From Planctomycetota bacterium (GTDB taxonomy: Bacteria; Planctomycetota; UBA8108; SXIK01): a stretch of DNA of 64,000 nucleotides. This document shows, in pieces, positions 36,982 through 45,691 of this stretch; position 1 is the first letter of the stretch; every line of letters begins with the position of its first letter. The translations under genes were made by a program, and so were the position numbers. Below the pieces are notes generated by a model, which searched no databases, was not told the origin of the DNA, and saw only the letters and a program-made list of their open reading frames with translations. The DNA lies in assembly GCA_965223845.1 (NCBI GenBank), contig CBDCXR010000004.1, positions 3,456,001 to 3,520,000 of the forward strand. Reading direction: 5' to 3'.

Positions 36982-38667
36982 ATGCGAATCTCGATCCTCA
37001 TTCTCTGCGGCATGACGGCAGTGACCCTCCGGGCGCAGGAGCCGATTCTCACCCCCGCTGAGCCGGCCGACTCGATCCACGATCTCGACATTCGGCCCAG
37101 CCTCGGGGTCCCGGCCCACACCGAGAACGACCGCACGATTTACGAGCCGAGTGCTCGCGACCACGCGCTCTACCTCGAGGCAGCGCGTCGCTCCCTGGGC
37201 GACGGGGCGGCCGGGACGGTCAGCGGTCTCACGGTGATTCAGACGAACTTCACCGACCCGGAGTTCGGCAACGTCGCGTTTCTCATCTGGACGGAACCCG
37301 AGGAGAACGCCGCCGTGGTGATCACCGTCCTCAGCGGCGAGGACACGATCATCATGGGCGAGGTGGATCCGGTCCCTCCGGAGCAGCGCGACACGGGCGA
37401 CGTCACCAACTCGGTGTTCATCGACCAGCTGCCGGCGGGGCCGCTCACCTTCCGCGTAGAAGAGGGCGGAGTGCCGGACGACGCGCTCGAGGTCGACCAA
37501 CTGATGCTCGAAGAGCAGCCCTTCGCCGATGTCGAAGACCTGAGCTGCTCGGAAGGAGCGACGGCTCTGAACGGAACTTGCACGCTCGTCATCGAATGGA
37601 ACGCGGTCGAACCGCTCCCGAGCTTTCACCTCATGGTCGCGAATGACCAGTCGCTCGGAACGACCGTGACGGGCCTCGACGAGCTCTTCGCCGTGCCGGG
37701 TCAGTTCCCCGATCTCTACTCGATCATCAACATCGGGTTTCTCGAGACCGCGGACGGCATCTACCGCGGCGGATTCATGACGACGGAGTGCGAGCTCAAC
37801 TGCGACGACAACCCCTGCGCGCCTCCGGGCGGAATCCAGGTCTGTCAGTTCGGCTTCGGAGACGACGCGGGCGCGAACGCCCTGAGGCTCCAATGGACCA
37901 ATCTCGGTGACTACGAGTCGATCAACCTCACGATCGACGGCGAACAGCGAGGCGCGTTCGACGGGGCCGCTCAACTCGGAGCCGTCTCCAACGTCACCGT
38001 CGGACAACACACGGTCGGCCTTCAGGGAGTCTGTAACGGCGTCCCGACCGATGTCGCCGAAACGACGGTGACCGTCCTCGCGGCGACCCCGCACGCGACC
38101 CCCATCGCGGACGGCATCCTATGCGAGTGGACGGCGGACCGCGGCGATGGCATCTCGTCGACCGCCGTCTCGTGGGAGATCCAGGATCCCTCGGTCTTCG
38201 CCGACCTCTTCATCGTCGACGTGAACGGAAACGGAGGATACCTCGGATCCATCCCCGGGACGACGAACGCCGTCAGCGTTTCGAACACGGCCCCGGACGA
38301 CGTGATCTTCATTCAGTTCTTCGCGCGGACTCAAGGCGGGTGCTACGGTTCGGACCAGATCGCCTGCGAGCCCCCCGGAAACCTTTATATCCCCGGCAAC
38401 TGTAACGGCATCGGTGTCGCGCCCCAGATCACGAGCGCGATCTTCGGTCTCAACTGGCTGTTCGCCGACGGTGACACGCCGCCCTGCTTGGCTGCCTGTG
38501 ATCACGATGGGGACGGCGGCGTAGCGATCAACGACATGATCTCGATTCTCAATTTCCTCTTCGTCGACGGCGCTCCCGCGCCGGCGGGCTGGGTCGACGG
38601 CGAACCGCGCTGCCTCTCGGCGCCGATCGCCGCGTGCGCTACGCCGAATCCGAACTGCCCGCTTTGA
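36982..38667 (+). CDS. Secreted acidic, Cys-rich beta-sandwich protein with C-terminal dockerin-like module
   Basis: AGGGAG RBS, signal peptide MRISILILCG.., Fn3/Ig-like segments, C-terminal CLAACDHDGDGGVAINDMISILNFLF. Confidence 0.75.
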   Translation: MRISILILCGMTAVTLRAQEPILTPAEPADSIHDLDIRPSLGVPAHTENDRTIYEPSARDHALYLEAARRSLGDGAAGTVSGLTVIQTNFTDPEFGNVAFLIWTEPEENAAVVITVLSGEDTIIMGEVDPVPPEQRDTGDVTNSVFIDQLPAGPLTFRVEEGGVPDDALEVDQLMLEEQPFADVEDLSCSEGATALNGTCTLVIEWNAVEPLPSFHLMVANDQSLGTTVTGLDELFAVPGQFPDLYSIINIGFLETADGIYRGGFMTTECELNCDDNPCAPPGGIQVCQFGFGDDAGANALRLQWTNLGDYESINLTIDGEQRGAFDGAAQLGAVSNVTVGQHTVGLQGVCNGVPTDVAETTVTVLAATPHATPIADGILCEWTADRGDGISSTAVSWEIQDPSVFADLFIVDVNGNGGYLGSIPGTTNAVSVSNTAPDDVIFIQFFARTQGGCYGSDQIACEPPGNLYIPGNCNGIGVAPQITSAIFGLNWLFADGDTPPCLAACDHDGDGGVAINDMISILNFLFVDGAPAPAGWVDGEPRCLSAPIAACATPNPNCPL

Positions 38668-38716
38668 GGGCCGATTCGGTTTAGACGCACGTCACTCGAC
38701 GAAACCGGGGCAAGAC

Positions 38717-38764
38717 AAAACCGGGGAGGCGCGGCTCGAAGGGCGCGCCTCCCCGGTTTTCTTT
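38717..38764. terminator. Bidirectional rho-independent terminator
   Basis: AAAACCGGGGAGGCGCG-loop-CGCGCCTCCCCGGTTTT between convergent genes. Confidence 0.85.
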
Positions 38765-38826
38765 GTCTCAGCGCTGTTTTCGCGCGGCGAGCGTGAGACG
38801 ATTCGGAAGCGGATTCGAGGCGCCGG

Positions 38827-40374
38827 CTAGTCTTCCGGAACCAAATCCGAAATGTCCTGGAAGTACTGCGTCACGAGGTGGCGATAGCTCTCCGGGATCT
38901 TGTCCCAGACTCCCTTGAGCGACCGAGCGACCTCACGCTCGTTGATCTGCCCCCAGCGATCACGATCGCGCGCGACGTCATCGCGCAGCTTGTCGTCACC
39001 AGCACCGCCCCCCTTGTTCGTCTTATCCCGCGGCGGCTGGCGGTTGGCTTGCGCGTTCTGGTTCTGCTGTTGTCCCTGTTGTTGCCCCTGCTGCTGTCCC
39101 TGCCGCCGCGCCTGCGCCATCTGCCGCATGCTCTGCATCTGTGCTTGACGTGCACTCTGCCGTCGCTGCATTCGAGATCGCATGCTGCTCATCCCCTGCA
39201 TGCTCGCCTGCATGCTGTCCGAGTCCTCCGCGCGCTCGAGTAGCTCTGCGACCTTGTCGAGCACCTCCTCGAGGCGCTCCTGCTCGCGTTGAGGCTCCGC
39301 GCCGACGGCACCGTCCCCGAGCGCAGTCGCGAGCGCGAACATCTTGTCGGCAGACTCCTTCACCGGACCCGGATGCCCCGTCCGCTCCCGGATCTCACGG
39401 ATTTGATCCTCCACCTGTTGGCGTTCGACCTGCCTCTCCGGCGGCAGTTCAGTGAGAAGAAGCTGAAGATCGAGGATCTCGAGAGTCGCGTCCCCGCGGA
39501 TTCGCTGGAGGTGTGCGAGCGAGCGGCGCGCTTCATCCTGGGGAAAAAAATCTTCCGACCGCGTTAGATCCTCGAGCGCCTCCTTCGACTCATCGAGGAG
39601 CGCACGCGCGGCCTCCGACCACGGGGACGCTCCCTCGGCGATGAGCCCCTCCGCGGCATCGATGCCGAGGCGCGCGCCGTAAAACTCGCCGTAGCGCTGG
39701 AGGTAAGAGTCTTCCTCCGCCTTCAGGGCCTCGACCGCTTCGGTAACGAGCGTTCGATCCTCGTCCGACAGCGACGCGCCCGCGGTGCGACGGAGAATGG
39801 TGTCGACGCGAAGAAGATCGCGCGAGACGCGGACGAGGACGCCGCGCACGGGGTCGCCCTGACCGAAGTCGATCCGGTACTCGGGATCGTCGAAACCGAA
39901 CTCGACGAGAAGCTCCTCGTGTCCGCTCTTGTACATGTGGAGGAGGAACCGTTCCCACGGATCGAGAATCTTCGGGTCGAGCTCATCGAGCATCTCCCAA
40001 AGATCCTCCTCCTCGTCCGGGTCGAGGCCGGCGAGCGGATGCAAAACCTCGGAAGGATCGATCCCCTCCTCGATGAAATCGGACGGATCGTCCTGGGGAG
40101 CTTCCGGCTGACCGCCCGCCGCATCTGCGGAGTCCTCCGCACCGGGCGCTTCCGCTTGAGGCGCCTCGATCAGCTTGCGGCTAAGAGGCGGACGGGCACC
40201 GTCCTTCGATTCGCCGTCCGCGGTCGCCGCGGGGGATTCCTGCTCGGCCGATTCCTCGCCCGAGGCATCCTGCGCCGCGGCGATTCCACTCGCGAAGAAC
40301 CATAGGAAGCAGAGACCGATCGGACGCCACTCGAAACGCGCGGGAAGATCGGTCGAGCTGAGCAGCGAGGTCAT
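38827..40374 (-). CDS. Exported helical protein, last gene of the MoxR-VWA operon
   Basis: Signal peptide, acidic region, Q/G-rich linker, C-terminal WGQI..KIPESYRHLVTQYFQDIS; 4-nt overlap with the upstream gene. Confidence 0.75.
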   Translation of the reverse strand: MTSLLSSTDLPARFEWRPIGLCFLWFFASGIAAAQDASGEESAEQESPAATADGESKDGARPPLSRKLIEAPQAEAPGAEDSADAAGGQPEAPQDDPSDFIEEGIDPSEVLHPLAGLDPDEEEDLWEMLDELDPKILDPWERFLLHMYKSGHEELLVEFGFDDPEYRIDFGQGDPVRGVLVRVSRDLLRVDTILRRTAGASLSDEDRTLVTEAVEALKAEEDSYLQRYGEFYGARLGIDAAEGLIAEGASPWSEAARALLDESKEALEDLTRSEDFFPQDEARRSLAHLQRIRGDATLEILDLQLLLTELPPERQVERQQVEDQIREIRERTGHPGPVKESADKMFALATALGDGAVGAEPQREQERLEEVLDKVAELLERAEDSDSMQASMQGMSSMRSRMQRRQSARQAQMQSMRQMAQARRQGQQQGQQQGQQQNQNAQANRQPPRDKTNKGGGAGDDKLRDDVARDRDRWGQINEREVARSLKGVWDKIPESYRHLVTQYFQDISDLVPED

Positions 40375-42407
40375 GAGCGATCCTCCTCGGGTTCGGGCGC
40401 TTCGTCGTCGGGCGGCGCCTCGAGGTCCTCGTCGTCCGGAACAGATTCGACTTCGAGGTCGATCCGATCGTCGTCATCGCGATCGCCTTCGGCCTCCTCC
40501 ACGTCGAGTTCTTCGCGCTCGGGGGAGTCCTCGGGGCGAAACGGGTTGTCGAAGTCATCGAGACCGAGCGGGTCTTCGGAGTCTGCCGCGCCGTCCGGTT
40601 CGGCGGTCTCGCCGCCTTCGGCGTCGGAGTCCGTCGCGTCGTCGCGCTCGGGCTGCATGCCGAGGAGGAACGGATCGACCTCGGGGTACTCTTCGAGAAA
40701 CGCGGTTGTCAGCTCGGAGAGCTCGCGCTCGGCGTCCGAAAGGCGACGGTACGACTCGGGGTCGATCTCGGCGCGGGCGGCGTCGGAAATCCTCTCGATG
40801 CGACGAGTCCGCGCGCGGAGACGTCGCTGCTCGGAGAGAAGCATGCGCACTTCGCTCGCCGGAGGGAGCTTGTCCTCGTCGCCGCCCGGCGGCATCCCGC
40901 CCGGCATGCCACCCGAGGGTGAGCCTTGCGGTCCGCCAGCCTGCTGATCGCCGCGCTCACGCGCCCGATTGAGACGCTCCTTCATGCGCTCGACGGCGGA
41001 GAGGACTCCGCGGAGCGAATCCGTGACATCCGCCTGAAGGAGCTGCACGATCTCGCCGGTATCGCCGTCGGCGAGGAGCGTCGCCGCGGAGTCGAGATCG
41101 CGCTGCGCTCGGTCGATCAAGCGCGGAGCGATCACCGAAGCCTGAGCCTCCTCGAGGAATCGCAACAGGTCCTCGGTATCTGCACGAACGAGTCGCTCGC
41201 GACGAGCGAGTGAACGCGCCGCGCGCTGCTCCTCGGCCGCATCCTCATCCGACGTATCGCCGGAGCTCGCGCGCTCGCCCTTTCGATCATCGAGCTCGAT
41301 CGTCTCGAGCTGGATCACCTCATGCTCGGCGAGGATTGCGTGCAACTTCGCCGACAGCTTCCGCAGCAGCTCCTCCGCCAGATCGAGCTCTTCCTCGGTG
41401 AGCTCCTCCGCCAGCTCGTCTTCCGCTCGGCGGAGCTGCTCGAGCGCATCCTCTTCGTCTTCGAGCGCGCCTTCGAGGTTACCGGAGCGAAGCCGTGACG
41501 TCGCGCCTTGCATACTCTGCGACGCACGCTGAAGCGAACGCGATGCCTGCTGATTGCGCTGGGAGCCTTGCTCTCCGCTTTGATCCTGTTCGCCGCCCTG
41601 GTTCTGCTCTCCGCTTTGATCCTGTTCGCCGCCCTGATCTTGCTCTCCGCTTTGGTCCTGCTCACCGCCTTGGTTCTGCTCGCCGCTTTGATTCTCCCCG
41701 GACTGCGCCCCGCTTTGAGCTCCGCGGCGTTCGCGCTCGTCCCGCCGGAGCTTCCGCTCGAGATCGCGTCGCAGCTTTTCGGTTCGCCTCTGAAGCTCAC
41801 GTTGCTTCTTCGAGAGCGATTCCGACGCCTCGTCGCGCTCCGCCTTCGACATCGCGGATTCCGTCTCTTCGGCCTGTTCCTCCTGATCGTCGGAAATGCG
41901 CTGGAGGCTCTGGAGCTGATCGCGCAGCGAATTCAGCTCGTTTCGCCGCCGCTTCGCCTCCGTCGCGTCGTCCTCGCCGCGAAGGATGCGCAGGATTCCA
42001 TCGAGGTCGCGCTCGAGGACGACCTCTTTCTCGAGAGCCGCTTCGAGCTCGCGTTCGGCGAGCAAGCGCTGCACCTCTCGCAACCGTTCGATCAGCCGGA
42101 GGTCTTGCGAACGTCGCAGTGCCGTGGTGATCCGCGCGCCGACGTCCTCGTCCTCGACGCTCTCGATGTTCGCGAGCAGCCGCCCCATCGCGGACTTGAT
42201 CCGGAGGTAACGGCGCCGCACCTCTCCTTGGATGCGAAGGGCGGGATCCGCGATCTCGAGCCGCGAGTCGGCGGATTGCTCCTGGGCAAAGCTCAACGGG
42301 AGCAGGTCGAACGCAACGCCCGCGGCGACGACGATGGCCGCAACGAGCGCGTTCCGAGCTCGGCGAGGCGCGGCCGGCCTCGATGACGGACTCTCCGTTC
42401 GCTTCAT
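40371..42407 (-). CDS. Exported coiled-coil protein (DUF4175-like) with hexapeptide repeat
   Basis: Signal peptide, repeated Q..L helical motifs, QSGEQN/QGGEQD repeats, acidic tail; ATGA overlaps at both ends. Confidence 0.75.
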   Translation of the reverse strand: MKRTESPSSRPAAPRRARNALVAAIVVAAGVAFDLLPLSFAQEQSADSRLEIADPALRIQGEVRRRYLRIKSAMGRLLANIESVEDEDVGARITTALRRSQDLRLIERLREVQRLLAERELEAALEKEVVLERDLDGILRILRGEDDATEAKRRRNELNSLRDQLQSLQRISDDQEEQAEETESAMSKAERDEASESLSKKQRELQRRTEKLRRDLERKLRRDERERRGAQSGAQSGENQSGEQNQGGEQDQSGEQDQGGEQDQSGEQNQGGEQDQSGEQGSQRNQQASRSLQRASQSMQGATSRLRSGNLEGALEDEEDALEQLRRAEDELAEELTEEELDLAEELLRKLSAKLHAILAEHEVIQLETIELDDRKGERASSGDTSDEDAAEEQRAARSLARRERLVRADTEDLLRFLEEAQASVIAPRLIDRAQRDLDSAATLLADGDTGEIVQLLQADVTDSLRGVLSAVERMKERLNRARERGDQQAGGPQGSPSGGMPGGMPPGGDEDKLPPASEVRMLLSEQRRLRARTRRIERISDAARAEIDPESYRRLSDAERELSELTTAFLEEYPEVDPFLLGMQPERDDATDSDAEGGETAEPDGAADSEDPLGLDDFDNPFRPEDSPEREELDVEEAEGDRDDDDRIDLEVESVPDDEDLEAPPDDEAPEPEEDRS
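41568..41690 (-). repeat. In-frame 18-bp tandem repeat (about 7 copies, Q[SG]GEQ[ND])
   Basis: QSGEQNQGGEQDQSGEQDQGGEQDQSGEQNQGGEQDQSGEQ. Confidence 0.85.
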
Positions 42408-45400
42408 CGTTTCGTCGATCCTTCCGTTTTCTCGATCGCCTGCCGCTGGAGCTGGAGAAGGAGCTCCATGCGCTGAATGATCTCGTCGAGATCCCCGGTT
42501 CCCGCCAGATTCTCGGCAACGGTCTTGAGGTCGTCGGCCACGCTGCGCAAATCGCCCTCGATCGCGAACGCGTCGGCCGAGGGGCTCGCCGATTCCGGCA
42601 GCTTGGAAATGTCCTCGGCGATCTGCGGCAGTCGATCGTCGATGATTTCCTTCAGCGGCTCCGCGACCTCGTCCTGGATTCGCTCCTCTTCTCCCTCATC
42701 CATGAGCCGGTTGTTCCGCAGCATTCGGACCATCCGGTCGTGCCGGGTGGACAGACTCTCCGCCTCTTCTTGAATCGCCTGTTGTTCGGCGAGGAGGCTA
42801 TCGGCGATTCGACGAATGGTGGCCGACGGATCCTGCGTTTGCTGTTCGCCAGATTGCTGCTGCCCGGACTGTTGCTGACCCGACTGCTGCTGACCTGACT
42901 GCTGCTCGCCAGACTGCTGCTGACCGGACTGCTGCTGACCGGACTGCTGCTGACCGGACTGCTGCTGACCGGACTGCTGCTGACCCGACTGCTGCTGACC
43001 TGACTGCTGCTGACCTGACTGCTGCTGACCGGACTGCTGCTGACCGGACTGCTGCTGACCCGACTGCTGCTGACCTGACTGCTGCTGACCTGACTGCTGC
43101 TGACCGGACTGCTGCTGACCTGACTGCTGCTGACCTGACTGCTGCTGACCTGACTGCTGCTGACCTGACTGCTGCTGACCCGACTGCTGCTGACCCGACT
43201 GCTGCTGACCCGACTGCTGCTCGCCAGACTGCTGCTGACCTGACTGCTGCTGACCGGACTGCTGCTGACCGGACTGCTGCTGACCGGACTGCTGCTGACC
43301 AGACTGCTGCTCGCCAGACTGCTGCTGACCTGACTGCTGCTGACCGGACTGCTGCTGACCGGACTGCTGCTGACCGGACTGCTGCTGACCGGACTGCTGC
43401 TGACCAGACTGCTGCTGACCGGATTGCTGCTCGCCAGACTGCTGCTCCCCGGACTGCTGCTGACCGGACTGCTGCTGACCGGACTGCTGCTGACCGGACT
43501 GCTGCTGACCGGACTGCTGCTGACCGGACTGCTGCTCGCCGGACTGCTGCTCGCCGGATTGCTGCTCGCCGGATTGCTGCTCGCCGGATTGCTGCTCGCC
43601 GGACTGCTGCTCGCCGGACTGCTGCTGACCGGACTGCTGCTGACCCGACTGCTGCTCGCCGGATTGCTGCTGACCGGATTGCTGCTCGCCGGATTGCTGC
43701 TGACCCGACTGCTGCTCGCCGGACTGCTGCTGACCCGACTGCTGCTCGCCAGACTGCTGCTCGCCTGTCTGATTTGTCCGATTGGAATTGGCGCCGGTCG
43801 CTCGATTGCCGTCGTCCCGCACCTCGCCCGTCGTACCGGCGATCTCTCCGACGAGGTCGGCCGCGGCCATTTCGCGAGCCGCTAGCTCACCGATCTTCTC
43901 TCGCATTTCGACGCGTGCCTTCTCGGCTTCCTCGCGAAGCTTGTCCGGGTCGACGACGAGCACACTTTCGAGCTGCGACTCGGCCGATTTGGGTCCGCTC
44001 GCGTGAAGAGCGTCGTTGTCAGCGATCGCGACCTGAAAGAGGATTCGGCTTCCCGGAATGAGCTGCATCGACGCGACATCGATCGTCCACTCCTTCTCGA
44101 GGCTGATTCCCCCTTCCCGGCGGACAAGTTCATCCGGCGTCCATCGAATCGGAGTCTCGACGAGAGGCAGCTCCTCGTCGGGGAGCGTTTCTCCCGCGTA
44201 GCGAGTCCACCGCCGCAGCACGCCCGTCGAGAATCCGTGATCATCTTCCGCAGTCATGCTGAGAACGATTCGCCCGTTCGGCGTCGCGACGCGACTAGCC
44301 TCATCGATGTGAAGCGTCACGACAGGCGGCTCGTCCGGCAAGACGACCACGGGAACGAGTCGCGTGGGGCGCGACTCGAGATCCCACTCCGCGCTGCGCA
44401 CGGAGAGCTCGAGCGTACTGCTTGTCACCGGGGAAAACCGCGCCGTGACCTTGCTGCCCTCGACGGATACGGTCTCGAGCGGCGCTTCTTCAAACGCGAC
44501 TACGCCGCTTCCGATCGGCATGTCCGCCTCGACCTCGACCGTGATCTGGGTCCCGAGCGGAACGATCACCTCTCCGGCCGGATCGACGATGCGATCGGCG
44601 GTTCGACGAAGGTACTCCGGATACTCGAGCGCGAACGCGACCGACACGATCTGCGGACGATCATGAACTTCGACGCGCACCGGGCTCGTCTCCGCGTCTC
44701 CCCCCCGAAAGACGAACGAGAACGAATCGGTCAGCGATTCGGTCTGAACGCGGACGCGAGAACCGGAAGGATCTTGCGCGAGCGCTGCGCGCACGTCACG
44801 CGCGAGATGGGACTCGCCCGAGTCGGCCTCGTGAGTCTCGATCGCAGCGAGAACGCTCCCCGGGAGCGGCGCGATCGGCTCGGGAATGAGGCGCCGGCTG
44901 CGCTCCTCACCCGCCGCCTCTCGGATCAGCGTGAGATCCTCCGGAACATCACCGACGACCCACGCGCGAAGCTCCAGAGACTCGGCGCGCGCTACGTGCC
45001 AGGTGTCCCGGTCGTCTTCAAGAACGATCCGCGTTCGCCGCGGCCACTCGGTCGGAAAAAGGAGGACGTTCCGCTGAAACCAAGTTCCCACATCGTGGCG
45101 GAAGGCCTGCGCGGTAACCGCCGCCAGACCGAGAAGAACGACACTGGTCAGCACCCACAGCCGCACACGGTTGAGATCGAGAGAACGACCGACCGACGTC
45201 CCCCTCGTCGCCCGGCGCGATTCGTAGATCGCGTGCTCGAGCAGTTGGCGCTCGAGCGGACCGGTGGCGGGCTCGGAGTCGAGACGATCTCGCTCCTCCG
45301 AGAGATGAAGTGCGTTCATCAAGTGACCGTCGAGGTCGGAATCGTACCGCTCGACGGCGGCAGCGAGCTCGTCGGTTGAATACTCCCGCACTCGCGTCTT

Positions 45401-45691
45401 CGCGCGCTGGACGAGTCGCCACCCTCCGAAGACGAGCGCAACGAGCGCAAACAATCGGAGCGGCCACGGGATGTGCAGCCACCGATCGACGAAGAACGAG
45501 AACAACGCGGCGGCGAGCAAGAGCGCACCGAGCTCGGCGATGGCCTGAAGCTTGAGCGCGCTCTCGAGTCGCGGCGCAAGCGCGCGAATGGAGCGCAGGA
45601 GCGCGGCCTCCTCGAGCTGATCGACCCGCGGTCCGGAGGAGAGGCGCGAGGCAGCACGTTTTCGCGAAGAGGGCGTCCCGGGAGCTGGCAT
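42404..45691 (-). CDS. DUF4175-like membrane protein with about 300-aa SG[Q/E]QQ repeat
   Basis: TM helices, LAAAVERYDSDLDGHLMNAL, YPEYL, PDEPPVV, AEDDHG, then repeat and coiled coil; TGATG overlap at 45689-45693. Confidence 0.85.
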   Translation of the reverse strand: MPAPGTPSSRKRAASRLSSGPRVDQLEEAALLRSIRALAPRLESALKLQAIAELGALLLAAALFSFFVDRWLHIPWPLRLFALVALVFGGWRLVQRAKTRVREYSTDELAAAVERYDSDLDGHLMNALHLSEERDRLDSEPATGPLERQLLEHAIYESRRATRGTSVGRSLDLNRVRLWVLTSVVLLGLAAVTAQAFRHDVGTWFQRNVLLFPTEWPRRTRIVLEDDRDTWHVARAESLELRAWVVGDVPEDLTLIREAAGEERSRRLIPEPIAPLPGSVLAAIETHEADSGESHLARDVRAALAQDPSGSRVRVQTESLTDSFSFVFRGGDAETSPVRVEVHDRPQIVSVAFALEYPEYLRRTADRIVDPAGEVIVPLGTQITVEVEADMPIGSGVVAFEEAPLETVSVEGSKVTARFSPVTSSTLELSVRSAEWDLESRPTRLVPVVVLPDEPPVVTLHIDEASRVATPNGRIVLSMTAEDDHGFSTGVLRRWTRYAGETLPDEELPLVETPIRWTPDELVRREGGISLEKEWTIDVASMQLIPGSRILFQVAIADNDALHASGPKSAESQLESVLVVDPDKLREEAEKARVEMREKIGELAAREMAAADLVGEIAGTTGEVRDDGNRATGANSNRTNQTGEQQSGEQQSGQQQSGEQQSGQQQSGEQQSGQQQSGEQQSGQQQSGQQQSGEQQSGEQQSGEQQSGEQQSGEQQSGEQQSGQQQSGQQQSGQQQSGQQQSGQQQSGEQQSGEQQSGQQQSGQQQSGQQQSGQQQSGQQQSGQQQSGQQQSGEQQSGQQQSGQQQSGQQQSGQQQSGQQQSGEQQSGQQQSGQQQSGQQQSGQQQSGQQQSGQQQSGQQQSGQQQSGQQQSGQQQSGQQQSGQQQSGQQQSGQQQSGQQQSGQQQSGQQQSGQQQSGQQQSGQQQSGEQQSGQQQSGQQQSGQQQSGEQQTQDPSATIRRIADSLLAEQQAIQEEAESLSTRHDRMVRMLRNNRLMDEGEEERIQDEVAEPLKEIIDDRLPQIAEDISKLPESASPSADAFAIEGDLRSVADDLKTVAENLAGTGDLDEIIQRMELLLQLQRQAIEKTEGSTKR
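42841..43765 (-). repeat. In-frame 15-bp tandem repeat, about 61 copies encoding SGQQQ/SGEQQ
   Basis: Plus-strand unit GACTGCTGCTGACCN is uninterrupted over about 925 bp (four units per 60-nt line). Confidence 0.98.

Noticed and set aside
42841-43765. Tandem array as a possible CRISPR
   Set aside because: Contiguous 15-bp units with no spacers, in frame inside a CDS, and no cas genes nearby
43424-43885. Plus-strand LLLTG/LLLAG repeat ORF
   Set aside because: It is the reverse complement of the Gln-rich repeat, with no independent sign of coding
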